A stretch of 63,957 nt of DNA, counting the filler, from Octopus bimaculoides (Eukaryota): assembly GCF_001194135.2 (NCBI RefSeq). It is 9 parts of 8 records of this genome, joined end to end, with 100 filler letters (N's around TTAATTAATTAA, not from the genome) between each part and the next. Parts side by side here need not be neighbours in the genome. Positions count along the whole stretch, not along the records: positions 1 to 10,495 come from NC_068983.1; positions 10,596 to 16,133 come from NC_068988.1; positions 16,234 to 35,057 come from NC_068984.1; 6 more parts are not named here. One strand, 5' to 3'. This document shows, piece after piece, positions 9,245 to 20,150 of this stretch. The position numbers and the translations under genes are program-made. Under the pieces are notes generated by a model. That model was given only the letters and a program-made list of their open reading frames with translations. It did no database searches and was not told the DNA's origin. Within the stretch, counting starts at the first letter, position 1; every line of letters starts with the position of its first letter.

Positions 9245-9975
9245 AAACAGTTTCTGGCGAAGCAGCGAGTTTAACACAGCTGCTCTTCTTTGTGTTTTCT
9301 GCCGCAATGTGGGTTCTTCTGGTTCCTCAGATAAAAATTTGTTCAAATGTTCTTTGAACACATCCATATTTACACGTCGCAAATCCCTGGGGTTGTTTGG
9401 CAGAGTGTTGTGGAACCTTGAAACCGAAGCTGTTACAGAACTGGGTCCTTACTCTCAATGAATAGAGTGGGATTCTTGGTACGGGGTCCGGACAAAACAC
9501 CCCTAGTACAAAATCCCCCAGGACAAAACCCCCAAGACAAAATCCCCTCGGACTTATGGGGGTTTTGTCCTACAATCCTTAGGTACTGTCAGGTGGCGTC
9601 CAGTTTGGTGGTTGTTATAGTTGTCAATCCCAAAGTTGAAAGCCAGATATTTCAGGATCTTCCATATATATATATATATATATCAGAATAGCTGGTTGAA
9701 GTTTGTTTTCCATGGAATCGCAGGTGATATTTGAGGCCAGCCAGAGACTGCATACCTTTCGTGTCATCCCTTTTGGGAGTAGAGTATCAATTTGTTTAGC
9801 CTCTCCTGGTAGCTCATTTGTTGCACTGAATCAATCTTCTTTGTGGAGTGGCGTTCGATTGCCTCGACTTCCGTTTTGAGTTTAACGATCTGTGGCGACC
9901 ACAGTTGGGAGCAGTAATCTAGGAAAATGAAATCCGAATGTTCACCACAAGAGTAGTATGGCATCTTTTAGCCTT
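9245..9975 (-). mobile_element. CR1-group LINE 3' fragment (decayed ORF2 C-terminus)
   Basis: Minus strand: FLDYCSQLWSP..EAIERHSTKKI..SYQERLNKLILYS, then TGRHLTVPRIP..RTQFCNSFGFK, then LPNNPRDLRRVNMDVFKEHLNKFLSEEPEEP..RAAVLNSL, a CR1-type C-terminus. Confidence 0.8.
9483..9577. mobile_element. Small MITE with GGACAAAA(T/C)CCCC repeats inserted in the CR1, about 8-9 bp TSD (Mutator-like?)
   Basis: Four direct GACAAAA-type units and one inverted GGGGTTTTGTCC. Flanks CTTGGTAC (9475-9482) and CTTAGGTAC (9578-9586). Removal restores LTVPRIP in the CR1. Confidence 0.6.
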
Positions 9976-10074
9976 GTCCTGGATGATTTGTCTTGTGCTT
10001 TGTATCTTTGCAATGGCCTTCATCGGTGTGCCCTTGTGACCAATAAAGCCATTTTTGCTATTACAACGCAGCCC

Positions 10075-10290
10075 AACGGTGGAGTAGCAGAGTGTCGGAC
10101 AAAATGCTTTTGTGTTATCTCTTCCGGATTTCTACGTCCTAGATTCAAACTTGGGTCAGGGATCAACTCTGCCTTTTACCCTTTTGAAGTTGAAACAACG
10201 GAGTACCAGTCATATACTGGAATCAATAATTTGACTAATCGTTTTGCCTCTGAACTACTGGCCTTTGTGCCTAAATTAGAAACATTTTGA
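10075..10290 (+). mobile_element. Old SINE family A
   Basis: Diverged head, GATCAACTCTGCCTTTTACCCTTTTG central domain and GGCCTTTGTGCCTAAATTAGAAA tail. Confidence 0.65.
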
Positions 10291-10291
10291 C

Positions 10292-10495
10292 TCGGTGGCA
10301 GCAGCAGTAGTAGTAGTAATAGTAGTAGTAATAGTAGTAGTAATAGTAGTAGTGGTGGTGGTGGTGGTGGTGGTAGTGCTGGTGGTGGTGCTGGTGGAGA
10401 AGGTGGTTTTGGTGGTGGATTCGGCGGCCGTAGCCGCAGTCGCCGTAGTAGTAGTAGTAGTAGTAGTTCTTGCCCTTTTATTCACGATAAGTAGT
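10292..10495. repeat. (GTA)n/(GTG)n microsatellite
   Basis: Directly visible. Confidence 0.9.
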
Positions 10496-10595
10496 NNNNN
10501 NNNNNNNNNNNNNNNNNNNNNNNNNNNNNNNNNNNNNNNTTAATTAATTAANNNNNNNNNNNNNNNNNNNNNNNNNNNNNNNNNNNNNNNNNNNN
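10496..10595. other. Artificial assembly spacer (44N-TTAATTAATTAA-44N); identical spacers at 16134-16233, 35058-35157, 45564-45663, 51381-51480, 56207-56306, 58212-58311 and 62793-62892
   Basis: The same 12-mer, which gives stops in all six frames, is centred in an exactly 100-nt block eight times. Confidence 0.97.
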
Positions 10596-10637
<42 letters not shown>

Positions 10638-10999
10638 AATACATACATACACATATATGTATACACATTCACGCATAAACATGCATACACACATAGATAC
10701 CTACATACATAAATACATGCATATGTCTATACGCATGCATGTTGCCGCATACACATGCGCAGAAACAAACAAAAGGAACGCTGCCCTGGCAGCGGAGAGG
10801 GAAGTAGATTTCCCCCTCTCTCTGTATCTTGACGAGTGCTTATATTGAGAGTATTTCCTTTGAATTCATTAGCTGTCTAGTAATACCATCGGATGTTGTA
10901 AGAGTGGCTCAGTATACTACGGCCCTCCTTGAGAAGCAAACTCCTTCTAGAGGGTACAGGGTGGGGTTTCGGTAGTTGCAGTTTGGGGTTCCAGTGGTG

Positions 11000-12575
11000 C
11001 GGGTGACGCAAACATTAAGAACAAACTGCAATTAGAAAAGTTGTACAAGTCTTAGCGGGAAGTGTAAAGACACTTGGTGGAGAAAATGTCTGAGGAAATA
11101 AAGGCGGCCTATTACAAGAAAGACCTTAAAAATCTTTATAGTTTATTGCTGCAAGCTTTTGGACCGTAGTCTTCATGATATGGTCCCTTGAAGTCAAAAG
11201 TTGGAATTCAGATTATTAAAAATCCTCCTGAAACAATGAATAGATGGAAAGCAAAGTTTTCAGGCCTTTTTCAAAATCGGTTTTTAGTGAACATGGAGAC
11301 CATAAACAGCGCTCTGCCAAGAGACATAGTACAACCCATGAGAAGAAGGAAATTTGACATTATGTAAACTGAGATCAGGTAAAGCTCTTGGACTGCATGG
11401 TATTCCAGTCGAAAATCTGAAAGCTGGTGCGGATCATATTACATTTGAAATTCATAGCCTGATAGCTCGAGTTTGGATCTCTGTACCAGAGGAATAGATA
11501 AATGGCTTTCTAATATTTGCATGCAAGAGTAAGAACCCAAAAGTAATCTTTGGTAATTACATAAGGATTCCTCTCTTGGCACATACCGGGAAGTTACGTT
11601 CAAGACTCATGTTAGATCGTCTCGTTGAGAATGCGTCCAAGTGTAACTCCTGAAGTACAGTGTGGTGTCAGACCTGAGCGAGAAACAACAGACATGATAT
11701 TTTCTCTGAGGTAGGTTCACGAGAAATCCTTAGAGAAACAAATGCCACTTACCAAGTCTTTATAGATTTAACTTACGCATTTGACACGGTAAACCGGAAG
11801 GCATTGTGGATTGTTTTATGTAAAGTTGGTTACCCAGCACATTTTGTAAGCATCTTCAAAGAACTACACAGACGCATGAAAGCTTTGGTAGTCTTTAATA
11901 ATGAGCTGTCTCATGAATATTTGGTGGACAATGGTATCAAACAGGGAGATATTCCTGCCCCTACACTTTCCTTTTTTTTATTATTTTTCTGCATTGCTTT
12001 GGAATCGGAATCAGATTTCAGACATCTATCGCATGTTTAAAACGAACCGGTTTAGCTACAAAGCAAAGAATTTCAAAACACTTGTTTGAGAATTACATCA
12101 TGCTGATGCTGCCGCTTCGTTGGTAAACTCAGATGGGGATATGCAACATATAATGGACATATATTTCGTTGCATGTGCACATTTTGGACTCACAATCAGA
12201 CTGGAGAAAACCAAAGTAATCTTTACCCACGTGCCAAGACAAACATACTCTAAAACAGATATTTTTGTAAATGGAATATGGTCAGAAATCGTTCACCCTT
12301 TTTTTTGTTTGCCTTGGAAGCACACTGTGAAGAGATGGTGGACTCGGTGCAGAGATATACTATCGAATATGGAAAAAAGTGTTTCATTTAGAAAACTCGA
12401 CAAGCGAGTATGGGCAGATATAGGCATTTTATTTTTGCAGACAAACATCAGTGTCTATAAAGCGTGTATATTGACTGTATTTCTTTATTCAAGTGAGGCG
12501 TGGACCATTTCAAATCGTCATATAAAAATACTGGAGAGATTTCATCAAAAGAGCCCCAGACGTATCTTTGGAATG
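11000..12575 (+). mobile_element. RTE-clade LINE, decayed reverse transcriptase fragment
   Basis: KDLKNLYSLLLQAFGP, MNRWKAKFSGLFQ, KALGLHGIPVENLKAG, QCGVRPERETTDMIFSLR, FIDLTYAFDTVNRKALW, GIKQGDIPAPTL, HADA (YADD position), FGLTIRLEKTKV, VFLYSSEAWT..LERFHQKSPRRI; many frameshifts. Confidence 0.9.
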
Positions 12576-13359
12576 TTTCATATATATACATACATGTGTG
12601 TGTGTCTGTGTGTGTGTGCATATAAATGAGTATATAAATATTGATACAATGATATAAATTCTATTGCTAAATTGAATTTGCCAACGTTATTAAAGTTGGT
12701 TGTTGTAAAAAATATCTTATGTGTAGAAGGTATTGGTATAGAAGGTGTTGCCGTGATTATATACAATATATATTGATATGAAAAAAATATTTAGAATATT
12801 ATAGGCTATAGATATAATCTTCCACAAATACGAGAATTTTATAAGTAACAGATTGCATAGATTTAAACACAATTACCATTTTATAAGGAAACTCAAAGTC
12901 TGGTGACTCGAGGTATGGAAGTATATGTCTGTATTGGAAAAAAAGTAGAATTTTGTTCGTGTAAGTTCAAAATTCAAATGTAGCAAAAACTGTATGTTAT
13001 TATAGCGTGATGTTTTAAAATGTTATGTGCTATCATCAACGGGTAAAAATAGGGAATTTTCATAAATAGAAGAATATTTGAATACTAGTGGGACCTTTGG
13101 AAATTCTACAGAACGAAAAGGATTAAGACAATCTATTTAAGAAAGAAATCTTTATTTTCGTTTTTATTTTGGTACATTATTTCACTTTCAGTAACAATAA
13201 TGTATTATGATTTTAAAATTTCCCTCAACTTAGCGCATTGTATTCCTCTCTTTCTCGCTACCTCTTCAACAAAATTTTAATCATGTAATTCTCCTCCTCA
13301 TGCATTTAACATGTCTCTCTTTCTATTCACTACATCTTTCCTTCCCTAAACTTCAACAC

Positions 13360-13700
13360 GCGATTAACACTTCTGTCCTATCACCCAATTTAAGCTTGGT
13401 AGTGACCCTTCTTGTTTCGCTATTCACCTGTTTATATAAATTAGTTTTTGCTATTTTATAAGTGTCTGTAATGCTGATTGAAAAACGTCATTTGTAAAGA
13501 TCTTTTTCAACCGCATATAGGTTTCTGACTTTAGAGGAGTTCACGAAAGTTTTATCTGAGTTCTTTATGTTTCTGTTGTTTTCTTTCATAGGTCTTTGCA
13601 GCAAACTGCTGATTTTACGGAGTTTTATCCTGCTAATAAGTTCGAAAATGTCTTTTGCAAAAACGTCTTGAAGATTTAAGTCCATACCTGTTTGCATTAT
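13360..13700 (-). mobile_element. Penelope-like element fragment (N-terminal/RT-proximal region)
   Basis: Minus strand: FAKDIFELISRIKLRK..IKNSDKTFVNSSKVRNLY, then ITDTYK..VNSETRRVTTKLKLGDRTEVL. Confidence 0.7.
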
Positions 13701-13704
13701 TTTG

Positions 13705-15365
13705 TTGTTTTTTCATGCCAAAGAAATAAACCCGCCATCTCATTGGATAGAATACCTTCCCACACGCCAACCTATTATTACCCTTAAGGACCACAAAGCC
13801 AATTTTAGTAGAAAACCCAAATGTAGACTAATGAAGCCAATAAAAACAGAAATACGTAACATTATCTAGAAAATGTTAAATTCTATTTTAAACAAGTTAG
13901 AGAGAGATTTAAATTTACAGATTTGGAGCAATAGTAAGTCAGCTATAGATTGGTTCGAGAGAAATAGCCATAAAAGTAACTGCAAATATATGCAGTTCGA
14001 TATTGTCTACATTTACCGATCAATATCCAGGCCTCTATTTATTAAGCAGTAGATTTCGCCAAACATTAAGTCACCGTTGACAGTTCGGATATAGATATTA
14101 TTCTGCATGTCTGGAAATTCGTCCTCTTTTGTGACGATTCTATCTGGGTAAAAAAGAGCGAGGATTCTTTATTCCATGTGCCAATGGGTACGATGGGAAA
14201 ATATTTATGCTTATAGAAACTTATATTTTGTATTATCTGCATCTGGAATTCCCTTTTATATATGCGAGATTATACAGGGATGACGGTCTTAAAGTCACAT
14301 GTAATATGATAGGCCATGAGCGGCGAGGTACACTCAAAGAATCTCATTAATTTGTACCAAAAAAACGGGCTTACGGATATCGATAGAAACTAACCTAAAT
14401 AATGCAGACATTTTAAAATATTAATTTAGATTTCCAATTAGAAAAATTTGAAACCTGCCGTAAGCCTAAGGAAAAGCTATATTATATTAACAAAGAGTCT
14501 AATCATCCACACTTAATACTAATATTACGTAATCTATTTTCTAATATAAGAAGGGGAATATCATCTATATCTTCAGATGAGACAGTGTTTCAAAATGCTG
14601 CGTCATATAATAATGCGTTAAGAAACAGTGGATTCTCGGAGAAGATCCACTCTAGTCAAAGATTAACTAACAATTATGGAGTGCGTAAGACTAGAACTGG
14701 GTAAGATTTATGGTTTAATCTGCCATTTACAATTGCCGTAAAACAAATATAGGTTGGGAAGTTTTGAAACTAGTTTCTAAGCCCTTTCAAGCAAACCATA
14801 AATTCTATGGACTTTTTAATAGGAGAACGCTGAAGGTTAGACATTCTTCTTGCAAAAACTTCACCTCTTTTATTAATCTGCACAACATGAAAACTATTAG
14901 GAGTAATCACAATCCCGGAAATAATAATAATAATTGTAATTGTAAAGACCAAATTGGCTGTCCGTCGGTAGGAAATTGTCTATAGAAAGGAATACTATAT
15001 AAATCTAAGGTCCAAAGAGATAGATCACAAACACACAAGACATAAACAAATGCCACGGAAAATTTCCTCATGGCAAGACTATATTCCGATTGAAATTCAT
15101 TTCGATACACTGAAAATACGACTGCAACTAGTTTCGCTAAATATGACTGGCTGTAGAAGGAAAATGATACCTGAACTTTTATAATCGACTGGACAATCTT
15201 GATTAGAGCAGCACCATATAAACATGGAGCGTATAGAGGGCCAATGAGGTGCAATTTTTGCCTGACTGAAAAATATTTCATCCTTCCCCGGGATACGCCT
15301 TGAACCAAAGGCTGGAGCTTTTAAATTCCAGCAGATACGCCACTAAGTATAAAATATCGAGCGAA
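13705..15365 (+). mobile_element. Penelope-like element, decayed RT + GIY-YIG endonuclease
   Basis: IITLKDHKANFSRKPKCRL, MQFDIV, RLYRDDGL, KPKEKLYYINKESNHP, NALRNSGF, WFNLPF-like, CNCKDQIGCPSVGNCL, IDWTILIRAAPY..RCNFCLTEKYFI, LNQRLELL. Confidence 0.9.
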
Positions 15366-16094
15366 AAATACCGTACGGAAGCATTGATTTTCGCATGTGA
15401 ATTTGATTTTTACATTTAAACTTGCAGCAATTTATATAATATTCATTTTACAATTTTACCCTTCAAGAAAACCTCCGACTGGATACAAACTATGGTTTAT
15501 ATTCATTATTTTAATTTTCATTATTTTATTGCAATAAACGTGTATTTACAATTGAACACACGTTTTAATAACCATATGAAAGTTTTTTTTATTCGTCGTA
15601 ATTTAGACCATGTTTAACGCACACCTGAAAAGAGCATCTACCATCACCCAAAATATGTTTTAAATTCCGATTTAAATACCGATGAAGTCGGCGTTTGCCT
15701 TAATTCCTAATAAAATTTATCATATTCAAATTTATGTTACATAAAAGTTTTTAGCATTTTAAATTTCATCTTATAATTGATTTTTATTTAATCTACATCT
15801 CTGAAATTGCTTCAGTTTCTTCCTTCTTTCAAAAATATTTTTATAATCAACACACCAGGTATGCAGTTGTAATTATATACGTATACGCATCTACGTATAG
15901 TGTACGTGCATAAAGTATGTATGTAACTATGGGTATATATGTATGCAAATATATGTGTACGTATTTATATTTTATATATATATATACATACATACATATA
16001 TATATATATCTACATATGTCTATAAAGACATATATATTTATATTTATATAGATAGATAGGTATATAGATACATATGTATATATACATGCGTGTG

Positions 16095-16133
<39 letters not shown>

Positions 16134-16233
16134 NNNNNNNNNNNNNNNNNNNNNNNNNNNNNNNNNNNNNNNNNNNNTTAATTAATTAANNNNNNNNNNN
16201 NNNNNNNNNNNNNNNNNNNNNNNNNNNNNNNNN

Positions 16234-16550
16234 TGGAAAACAAACCTCATCCAGCTATTCTGATTATATGTCTGTGCACACGTTTGAATGTGGTGTGTGC
16301 CAGAGGGTTTGCAAATCCAATGGGGGTCTTAAAAGACATGTTAGGATCCACAATGAGCAGAACTTACTTGCAGGTATTGGTAGTGCAAATCAGAGGTGCA
16401 ATCTGTGTGGGTGTTTTTTCAAAACACTGTCTGGTTTAAAAAGCCACATCAGACGCCATGAAAGGGCTAAGGTGTAGGTGCAGGAGGTGGTCAAACTCTG
16501 TTTAAGGAGTAGACAACCAACATGTATGTTTTTATGTGTGCATATATGTA
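16234..16550 (+). mobile_element. Two tandem C2H2 zinc fingers (16268-16477), most likely the C-terminus and 3' UTR of an RTE LINE ORF
   Basis: CGVCQRVCKSNGGLKRHVRIH and CNLCGCFFKTLSGLKSHIRRH; no TGEKP linker; the frame is open back to the segment edge; stop TAG at 16475-16477. RTE ORFs commonly end in CxxC..GLxSHxRxH. Confidence 0.7.
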
Positions 16551-16985
16551 TATAAATGTCTGCGTAATTCATTGCTATAATTGGGAAATATGAAATGCTT
16601 CTGTCTCTATTTGTTAGCAATAAAATATCGATTCGTTTCGATTTTGGAAGTAAAATTCCAATATTTTGCAAGTTCAAGTTTAATTATAATTGACACACAC
16701 AAACATACACACATAAACAAATATATTGATATGTGTGTGTGTATCTGTGTGTGAGTGTATTTGTGTGTGAGTGGTTGTGAGTCTATCTCACTGCCCGTGT
16801 ATCTCAATGCTGTCTCGTCTGTCTTGTTTACGATACATTAGCCTTTAACTAAAGTCACACGAAACAAAGAGCAAGAGGAAATGTCTCGAAGTACGGAAAT
16901 ACATCTTCCAATAAAAAGTAAACTAGATGATGCAGTTTTACTGAAATTCTCTGACCTTTTGGAGACTGCGGGTTGATAATATATA

Positions 16986-17076
16986 GAATATAATGACTAT
17001 AGACTTCGGAATATAATGACTATAGACTTCGGAATATAATGACTATAGACTTCGGAATATAATGACTATAGACTTC
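16986..17076. repeat. 23-bp minisatellite x about 4 (GAATATAATGACTATAGACTTCG)
   Basis: Near-perfect tandem units. Confidence 0.95.
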
Positions 17077-17373
17077 TTATAGTCGATCGAAGGGATTTTT
17101 TTTTTTTTACATTCACAATCTATATGAAGAAAATATATAAAATTTAATTTTGTTTTGATCACGTAACGGATATGCCTGTTTCGTTGTCGATGTTTTTCCG
17201 CTCTATCAGTTCTGATCTGACAGACTCATAATAAAAAGCATTCTGACGCATGTGTGTATGCATGCATGTCTGTATGTATATATGCATGTATGTATGTACG
17301 TACGTACGTACCTACCTACCTACCTACACACACACACACATACCCCCCCCACACACACATATATATATATTGA

Positions 17374-17690
17374 AGGCACATGGCTCAGTGGTTAGAGCGT
17401 CATATTTACGATCATGTGGTTGTGAGTTCAATTCCCGGACCGGGCTGCGTGTTGTGCTCTTGAGCAAGACACTTTATTTCAAGTCCCTCCAGTTCACTCA
17501 ACTGTAAAAGTGAGTTGCGACGTCACTGGTGCCAAGCTGTATCGGCCACTTTCCCTTTCCCTTCGATAACATAAGTGGTGTGGAGACGGAAGGGCGGTAT
17601 GTATGGGCGACTGCTGGTCTTTCATAAAGAACCTTGCTCGGACTTGTGCCTCGGAGGGTAACTTTCTAGGTGCAACACCATGGTCATTCA
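17374..17690 (+). mobile_element. tRNA-derived SINE, family C-related subfamily
   Basis: GGCACATGGCTCAGTGGTTAGAGCG...GAGTTCAATTCCC head and CTTGAGCAAGACACTTTATTTC CORE-like segment. Confidence 0.8.
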
Positions 17691-18988
17691 TATATATATG
17701 TATATATATATATATNNNNNNNNNNNNNNNNNNNNNNNNNNNNNNNNNNNNNNNNNNNNNNNNNNNNNNNNNNNNNNNNNNNNNNNNNNNNNNNNNNNNN
17801 NNNNNNNNNNNNNNNNNNNNNNNNNNNNNNNNNNNNNNNNNNNNNNNNNNNNNNNNNNNNNNNNNNNNNNNNNNNNNNNNNNNNNNNNNNNNNNNNNNNN
17901 NNNNNNNNNNNNNNNNNNNNNNNNNNNNNNNNNNNNNNNNNNNNNNNNNNNNNNNNNNNNNNNNNNNNNNNNNNNNNNNNNNNNNNNNNNNNNNNNNNNN
18001 NNNNNNNNNNNNNNNNNNNNNNNNNNNNNNNNNNNNNNNNNNNNNNNNNNNNNNNNNNNNNNNNNNNNNNNNNNNNNNNNNNNNNNNNNNNNNNNNNNNN
18101 NNNNNNNNNNNNNNNNNNNNNNNNNNNNNNNNNNNNNNNNNNNNNNNNNNNNNNNNNNNNNNNNNNNNNNNNNNNNNNNNNNNNNNNNNNNNNNNNNNNN
18201 NNNNNNNNNNNNNNNNNNNNNNNNNNNNNNNNNNNNNNNNNNNNNNNNNNNNNNNNNNNNNNNNNNNNNNNNNNNNNNNNNNNNNNNNNNNNNNNNNNNN
18301 NNNNNNNNNNNNNNNNNNNNNNNNNNNNNNNNNNNNNNNNNNNNNNNNNNNNNNNNNNNNNNNNNNATATATATATATATATATATATATAATAAATATT
18401 ATTGCAGTACAATAGTAATATATTGCAGCTAAATAAAACACTGTAAATTAGTATTATAAATAGAAATTAGTGGTACAACAAGGCACCAATATTTGCTGGA
18501 AATAGCAGTTGATAACCGTTAACCATATGACGCTATGGAAAGCTTCACTGAATGTATACCGTCAAAGATGTGAGCTGGCTGCGAATATAGAAAATATAAT
18601 TCTACCTTTAGTGTGCTTTTTTTAGCTAGAAAGTAACACTTGTTCTGCAATAATATTTATAATTTTTATATAATAGCTTTTCGCTGATCTCGGTTCTGTT
18701 TACGGCTAGGCGATCAGCCGAATACACTGGTATTGTTTTAACGAATATTTTAAAATTTCGTCTTCGGTTAATCTAACTGATGAGGACAAGCCGAATTTAC
18801 GAGAACAGGCGTATTATGAAAGTGCGAAACTCGAGTACTAGATTATCCACTTTAGGTTGTCCAATTTTTTTATATATTCGTTGCCCGCACACATCTTTGC
18901 CAGTATACATTCAGTGAAGCTTTATATAGCGTCGTACGGTTATTTACTGCTATTTCCAGCAAACATTGGTGCCTTGTTGAAACAACTG

Positions 18989-19066
<78 letters not shown>

Positions 19067-19299
19067 ATATATGTACACGTATGTATGCTTTCATGTATGT
19101 ATGCATTGATGCATGTATATATTCGGATAAACACACAAAAGAAAAGAAAAAAAAATAACATGTAAATGTAACAGTATGATAATAAATGACGTAGTCTGTA
19201 GTTTATTAAAGACGCAATCTCACTGGTTAATCCTGAAGCGGGACATGTTATTGAATTTGTATATCTCGTCCTTATAGTACTAAATTAACCTGAGATTCT

Positions 19300-20150
19300 G
19301 ATAAGACCAGTTATCACTACCTTAAAGAAAAAAAAGCATCACCAAGAGATTTGAAGTTAGTCTGCATATCATCCTTATTGTCTTCCATCCTAATCTATTT
19401 GTTAATAACATTAGCCTTACATCCAAAGATAAATGTCCTGAAGTAGTTTTTAGAAATATTAAGTTTGCGCTCTATGCTAGACGAACCTAGAAATATCTCC
19501 ATAAGAAATACAGTTCATATCTGATGGCACATTATGAAGATAATCTGAAGGAGATTGATTTAAATGGTTCGGTCAAATAAGAGGAAGTCCATATCAGTAC
19601 TATAACATCACAATTGTAAGTGTAAGAAAGACTATTCTAGATATCTATAGTGCTGTCAGTTTAAACTTTTCAGGCATTTTCTTTCAAATTATCATGTATA
19701 TAGTTCTGCATGAACATATTTATCGATATCTATACCAATACTGAGTTGTGAAAGTTTCCTGTTCATCAGTTGCGGAATACTGTCTGCATAGCTTTTTCCA
19801 AATGTTATAATGTGAAATTTGCTTTGCGTACACAGACTTGATCTCTGACTGGACTTGGGTGCTTGCTATTTAGATGTTGAAGAGATATGACAGGACGTGT
19901 CTTTGGATCGATGCTAAACAACTACAGCCTTGTTTTCGTTTTATCCAGAGATCATTCCGATGGCTCTTGATGTGGAAATATCTGGCATGAGTTTATAATT
20001 TTCGAATGCCATCGAGCATCCAATCTAGTTGCCTTAATATTATTATGAACACTGGTATACCAAACGCACTGGGAGTTATTTATACATCACCTGTGGACAA
20101 CTATAATATGTTTATTTTTCTTATCGTCGTAGTATATTCTCTCTTTACGC
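19300..20150 (-). mobile_element. Possible ancient LINE RT remnant
   Basis: Scattered minus-strand motif echoes in the expected order (ENYK, DEQETF, YAD); heavily decayed. Confidence 0.3.

Noticed and set aside
10540-10551. TTAATTAATTAA as a regulatory or telomere-like motif (8 copies)
   Set aside because: It is always centred in a 100-nt N block; it is a synthetic spacer.
11000-16477. RTE RT and the zinc fingers as one element
   Set aside because: They are separated by a Penelope element and an artificial linker, and the RT is heavily decayed while the fingers are intact.
18775-18805. CTGATGAGGACAAGCCGAA hammerhead-like string
   Set aside because: No GAAAC, no GUH and no stem I complement.
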